Assembly: GCA_947258985.1 (NCBI GenBank)
Contig: CAMYKI010000012.1
Coordinates: forward strand, 43,392 to 107,391
Length of the DNA stretch: 64,000 bases
DNA from: an uncultured Acidimicrobiaceae bacterium
GTDB lineage: Bacteria > Actinomycetota > Acidimicrobiia > Spongiisociales > UBA5794
Reading direction: 5' to 3'
The notes under the pieces were generated by a model that was not told the DNA's origin, ran no database searches, and saw nothing but the letters and a program-made list of their open reading frames with translations. Position numbers and translations under genes: made by a program. Numbering within the stretch: position 1 is the first letter of the stretch; the number at the start of each line of letters is the position of its first letter. Below are positions 59,788-64,000 of the stretch, piece after piece.

Positions 59788-60064
59788 AGCGGCGACGATG
59801 GTAACCGCAATCCGATGCCTCTGGTTTCACAGCGGCAAGATTGGGGTACGTTGAGGCCATCCGATTCGCCGTATTGCTGCTCGCGATCGTTGGAATCGGC
59901 ATGGCCGGGATTCAAGATGCTGTGGTGTTGGGGCTGGAGGCCACGAAGGCCTAGGGAGGCTGCCCAACAGATGCCGTGGAGGCTCGTCCCTGTCGCGAAG
60001 AATTGGGTCTTCGTGGTGTGGAAGAGCCGTAACCAGCATTATTGGGAAGACTCCCAAGCAGCAC

Positions 60065-61051
60065 TCAGGCGTGCGGGAACCGGTCGAGAGCCAGGTCGTT
60101 GATGACGCCGGCCATCTGTTTTCTCGTAGCCGGGCCAACCGGCATGCCGACCCCGTCGGCGATGCGGTTCATCATCTCGAAGTTGCCGATCACCGCGGCC
60201 GCATCCACCGCGGCCTCCGGCCCGAGGGCCGTCACGACCGCCTGGCGCGCCGGTGCGATGTCATGACCGGAGAGCGTGGCGTTGACATAGGCGATAAGTT
60301 CGGTTCCGCCGGGGATGAGCGGGTTGCCTTCCCCGGTTGCGATCGGGAGCAACTCGACGCTGGCGCTGGTTTCTTCGATGCTCCAACTGAGCATCCTCAC
60401 GTGCGCCAGAGTTCAGAAGAAGCACTCGTTGATCGATGACGTGCGTGAGGCGACGAGCTCGATCTGTGCTCTGCTCAGCCCCTTTGTGATCGCCGGATCA
60501 CCCATTTCCTGAAAGGTCAGGTAGGCGGGGCCGTGGAGAGCTTCAAGCGCCTCCATCTCGGCTGGGACGGCCGAGAGCGAGGTCGGGATCATGGGTGGTC
60601 CCACCATCGGTACCCAGGCCTTGGTAAGCGTCGGTGCCGGGTCCGGGATGGCTCGGCTGGGCTCGCCGGGTTCCGCCCGGGGGAGGGGTTCGACCGGGAT
60701 CCCCATGGCGCGGTGGAAGGTGTCGACGGCGGTGACCTGGGAGACGACACCGATCAGCTCGACGTAACCGTACGAGTCGAGACCCCCGTTCTTCCATTGT
60801 GCGATGAGTCCGGGGGTAACTGCCGAGGGCTTGGCGGATAACTGGGCTGCTGCGGCTGCCGCGGGCTCCGAGAGGTTCGGTTGGGTTCCGGGTTCTCCGC
60901 CGTCGTATGCGGCCCGGGCGACCGAAGCGATGGCGATGCGCTGCTCGCCGCGCCACCAGGTGCCGGGGGCGGCAAGGCGGCCCCAGACATCACGGAACGC
61001 GTCGGCGAGGTCTGGGCGGACCAATAGCGTCGAGGTGGTGAAGTCGAACAC
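60065..61051 (-). CDS. Alkylhydroperoxidase (AhpD/CMD)-related selenoprotein, Sec at the in-frame TGA 60413-60415
   Basis: ORFs 60413..61051 and 60065..60400 are in one frame and read INECFF-U-TLAHVRML, a CxxU version of the AhpD CxxCxxxH site; SECIS-like hairpin follows. Confidence 0.82.
60357..60412 (-). promoter_or_regulatory. Putative bacterial SECIS element
   Basis: Lower stem CUGGCGC/GCGCCAG, upper stem GAUGCUC/GAGCAUC, loop AGUUG starting at the 25th nt after UGA. Confidence 0.72.
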
Positions 61052-61206
61052 GACGACGAGGCTAGCTTGGTCGTGGTCTCAGCATGTCCCTGGCAGTGCG
61101 GGATTGGCCGGTGTCCTGCCAACAAGTTCCAGCTCGGGACGCGAGTCCCTGTTCCGTGTGCTTTCCGGCCCTACAGGCGGGGACACATCGGCGCGATAGT
61201 CGCCAT

Positions 61207-61497
61207 ATGACTTCAACGGTTTTTGAATCAATGACGCTTGAAGTGAGGTCTGGCCTCTTCTCTGCCCTCGGCGATCCAATCCGCTTGCAGATTCTCGACG
61301 AGCTTGGCGGATGCAAGACCTGTGTCTGCGATCTCCAGCAGACAATGGGCATCGCTCCGAACCTGCTGTCCTATCACCTGCGGGTATTGCGCGAGGTTGG
61401 GTTGATTGAAGCAACCCGGCGGGGCCGTTGGGTCGATTATGAGCTGGCGTCAGCCGCGGCCGACCTCATCGGCGCGGCGTCGCCGTTCGAATCGTGA
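61207..61497 (+). CDS. ArsR/SmtB family metalloid-sensing repressor
   Basis: ALGDPIRLQIL, CVCDL box, LSYHLRVLREVGLI, RRGRWVDY; alternative start 61231. Confidence 0.92.
   Translation: MTSTVFESMTLEVRSGLFSALGDPIRLQILDELGGCKTCVCDLQQTMGIAPNLLSYHLRVLREVGLIEATRRGRWVDYELASAAADLIGAASPFES
61212..61227. promoter_or_regulatory. Candidate ArsR operator
   Basis: TTCAA-CGGTTT-TTGAA palindrome at the 5' end of arsR. Confidence 0.5.
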
Positions 61498-62543
61498 CAA
61501 TCGAGCTGCAAGCGGTTGGGCGCGAGCGGTTGCGTCTCTGGGGCGGGCTTGGTGTGGCGGTCGTGGTTTGGGCGTTGCTCTACTCCCTCAACAAGCCTTT
61601 CTGGGACTGGCTCCTGTTCGATTGGCTCGGCCTGGATCCGCAGACTCACCTCGGTTCGGCCATCGAATTCTTCTTCTACGACACCCTCAAGATTGCCCTC
61701 CTCCTTACCGGGATCATCTTTGCGGTGACGGTGCTGCGCAGTTTCATGAGCGTGGAAAGGACCCGGGCGCTGCTCGGCGGAAGGCGAGAAGGGGTCGGCA
61801 ACGTGGCCGCAGCCGGGCTTGGAGTTCTAACACCGTTCTGCTCATGCAGCGCCGTTCCCGGATTCATCGGGTTTGTTGCCGCCGGTGTTCCCCTCGGCAT
61901 CACGATGAGCTTCCTCATTGCCAGCCCGATGGTCAATGAAGTTGCGATTGTCCTGCTGTACGGGTTGTTCGGCTGGAAGGTGGCTGCCACCTACGTGGGG
62001 GCCGGCTTGGTGCTGGCTGTTCTTGCCGGCTGGGTCATCGGCCGATTACGACTCGAGCGGCATGTCGAGCCGTTCGTATTCGAGACGACCCTGCGCGGTC
62101 AACCAATCGACCTCTCAGCAAAGCTGAGCTGGGAGGATCGGTTTGCGATGGGTCGCGAGGAGGTGGCCTCCATCCTTCGCAAGATCTGGCCCTACCTGGT
62201 GATCGGGATCGGCATCGGAGCCGCCATCCACGGCTGGGTGCCGGAAGACTTCTTCGTCGACGCGGCCGGTCCGGACAACCCGCTGGCCGTGCCGGTGGCG
62301 GTTGGTATCGGGGTGCCCCTGTACTCCAACGCAGCTGGGGTGCTTCCGCTGGTCGAGGCCTTGCACGCCAAGGGTTTGGCGATGGGGACAGTGCTGGCGT
62401 TCATGATGTCGGTCGTTGCACTGTCGGTGCCGGAGATCGTGCTGCTGCGCCGGGTGCTCAAGCCGAGGCTGCTCGTGGTATTCGTCGGCGTCGTCGCCGC
62501 CGGGATCCTGTCGGTGGGTGTTCTGTTCAATCTGGTTCTGTAA
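61494..62543 (+). CDS. DUF318 / ArsP-like permease
   Basis: FFFYDTLKI, TPFCSCSAVP, FLIASPMVNE, GVPLYSNAAG, ALSVPE. Confidence 0.9.
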   Translation: MTIELQAVGRERLRLWGGLGVAVVVWALLYSLNKPFWDWLLFDWLGLDPQTHLGSAIEFFFYDTLKIALLLTGIIFAVTVLRSFMSVERTRALLGGRREGVGNVAAAGLGVLTPFCSCSAVPGFIGFVAAGVPLGITMSFLIASPMVNEVAIVLLYGLFGWKVAATYVGAGLVLAVLAGWVIGRLRLERHVEPFVFETTLRGQPIDLSAKLSWEDRFAMGREEVASILRKIWPYLVIGIGIGAAIHGWVPEDFFVDAAGPDNPLAVPVAVGIGVPLYSNAAGVLPLVEALHAKGLAMGTVLAFMMSVVALSVPEIVLLRRVLKPRLLVVFVGVVAAGILSVGVLFNLVL

Positions 62544-62553
62544 GGGAGTAGTA

Positions 62554-62790
62554 ATGAAGATCAAAGTCCTCGGACCGGGGTGTGCCAATTGCGCAACGCT
62601 CGAAAAGCGAACTAGCGATGCGTTGGCCGCGACAGGGGTGTCGGCGACGGTCGAGAAGGTCACCGACTTCGCCGAAATCGCATCGTACGGCGTCATGTCG
62701 ACACCAGCGCTGGTGATCGATGAACAGGTGGTGGTGTCGGGTCGGGTGCCCAAGGTGGATGAGATCGGGGCGCTATTGACGCGGTCGTGA
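62554..62790 (+). CDS. Small redox-active disulfide protein (MTH895-type thioredoxin-like)
   Basis: MKIKVLGPGCANC, YGVMSTPALVIDE..VVSGRVP. Confidence 0.92.
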   Translation: MKIKVLGPGCANCATLEKRTSDALAATGVSATVEKVTDFAEIASYGVMSTPALVIDEQVVVSGRVPKVDEIGALLTRS

Positions 62791-63145
62791 TCTCTGGAGT
62801 TCGCTTGAGTCCAGGCGTGACCGGCGACGCCCGATACGTTCGGGATGGCGCTCGGTGGGTCCCGAGCGGTTTGAGGACTGGATGAAGTGGACTACCTACG
62901 CACCTGCGGTGCGGACGGCACTCACCGAAAAGGGCGGGCAATAGGGGTTCCGCCGGTGGCGAATATCGCACCAACGGCTCGACGGCAGGCCCGGAGGTGA
63001 GTCAGCCTGTGTGGCGCCTAGGGCGCAAGGCCTCCAACAATTCGCACCTTCCGCAACCGCGCTGGCGATGAGTTGCGTGCCAGCACCTCGACGAACGTGA
63101 TGCGCTTCCGTACTACGGTCAATGGCAGCGCGAACAGGAGGAAGA

Positions 63146-63832
63146 GTGACGGAGGAGAACTACGACAGGGACCTGGCACGGGTCATCGACCACACGCTGC
63201 TCAGAACGGACGCAAAGAAGGAAGATTTCGACCGGGTATGCGAGGAGGCGAAGCGGTATCACTTCAGGTCGGTATGCGTGTTCTCAGGCGATGTTGAGTA
63301 CGTCGCCGGGAGACTCGAAGGCTCGGACGTGATTCCCATAGCCGTCGTCGGTTTCCCACACGGCCAGATGACACCCGTCGCCAAGGCCTTCGAAGCTCAC
63401 GACGCCATCACAAATCGCGGGGCTCAAGAGATCGACATGGTGATCCACGTAAGCGCCATCAAGAGCAAGCACTACATCCTTGTCTTCGAAGACATCCAGC
63501 AAGTCGTCAAGGCCTGTGGGGACGTGCCCGTGAAGGTCATTATCGAAACGGCACTTCTCACGGACACGGAGAAGATTGCTGCTTGCACCCTCGCAAAGAC
63601 CGCTGGAGCGCGTTTCATCAAGACGTCCACCGGCAAGGAGGAGGGCGGAGCGACCGTCGAGGATGTGCGGCTCATGCGCGAGGTCGTCGGTGACGAGGTC
63701 CTCATCAAGGCCAGCGGAGGGATCAACTCGAGGGAGTTCGCCTATGAGCTCATCGAGGCCGGCGCCGACCGCATCGGCACGAGCAACGGGGTCGCCTTCG
63801 TGGCAGGGGGAACCGCTGCAGGCGGATACTGA
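63146..63832 (+). CDS. deoC: Deoxyribose-phosphate aldolase
   Basis: IDHTLL, VVGFPHG, EIDMV, VKVIIETALL, FIKTSTG, IKASGGI, RIGTS; AGGAGG RBS. Confidence 0.96.
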   Translation: MTEENYDRDLARVIDHTLLRTDAKKEDFDRVCEEAKRYHFRSVCVFSGDVEYVAGRLEGSDVIPIAVVGFPHGQMTPVAKAFEAHDAITNRGAQEIDMVIHVSAIKSKHYILVFEDIQQVVKACGDVPVKVIIETALLTDTEKIAACTLAKTAGARFIKTSTGKEEGGATVEDVRLMREVVGDEVLIKASGGINSREFAYELIEAGADRIGTSNGVAFVAGGTAAGGY

Positions 63833-64000
63833 GGTCGTGGACCAAGCCCAGCTCTGTCGATCCGGCGACCTCTGACGGACGCCAATTCACAGGCGTCGTG
63901 AATCGCGGTGGGACCCGGAAGGTTGGTTGGGCCGAGCGTGACGCCGCCATCCGGCCCGCCGATTGCCAGGGCGTTCAGGCGAAGTGGGCCACCTCGCCTG

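Noticed and set aside
62800-62900. Possible tRNA-Sec near the selenoprotein (GTCCTCAAACC on the minus strand)
   Set aside because: No CTTCAAA anticodon loop, no GTTCGA T-loop and no acceptor stem
63975-64000. 3' end of a minus-strand gene (...GEVAHFA-stop) or hairpin CAGGCGA...TCGCCTG
   Set aside because: Too little sequence at the window edge to decide

Overview
High-GC bacterial DNA. Gene content (F420-type oxidoreductases, SARP/BTAD regulator, many apparently leaderless genes) points to Actinomycetota, probably Acidimicrobiia (inferred). I found no rRNA, tRNA, CRISPR array, transposase or prophage. Left to right: the start of a hydrogenase-maturation-protease/hdrC operon (running off the left edge) behind a Rex-like box; a divergent galactoside locus (ABC transporter, GH36, GH42, galE/T/K, DeoR, unknown GT-B-fold protein); a SARP-type regulator with flavodoxin-like and lipoprotein genes; manA/ROK kinase; CapA + DUF3160; a barbiturase-like amidohydrolase operon with AllH/AllF(FdrA)/AllG homologues; DDAH; a hypA + Mrp-type ATPase pair; trkAH, azlCD, Pat, typA; an AhpD-like gene split by an in-frame TGA followed by a SECIS-like hairpin; arsR-permease-thioredoxin; deoC. 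The strongest leads are (1) a possible phosphorolytic barbiturate/ureidomalonate pathway, (2) a CxxU selenoprotein split by the ORF track, (3) Thermococcales-type HypA/HypB in a bacterium carrying Hdr/hydrogenase genes, (4) a GT-B protein in the Leloir operon and (5) a ~48-bp REP-like palindrome family. Family assignments come from motif recognition and recalled sequences, not database searches.
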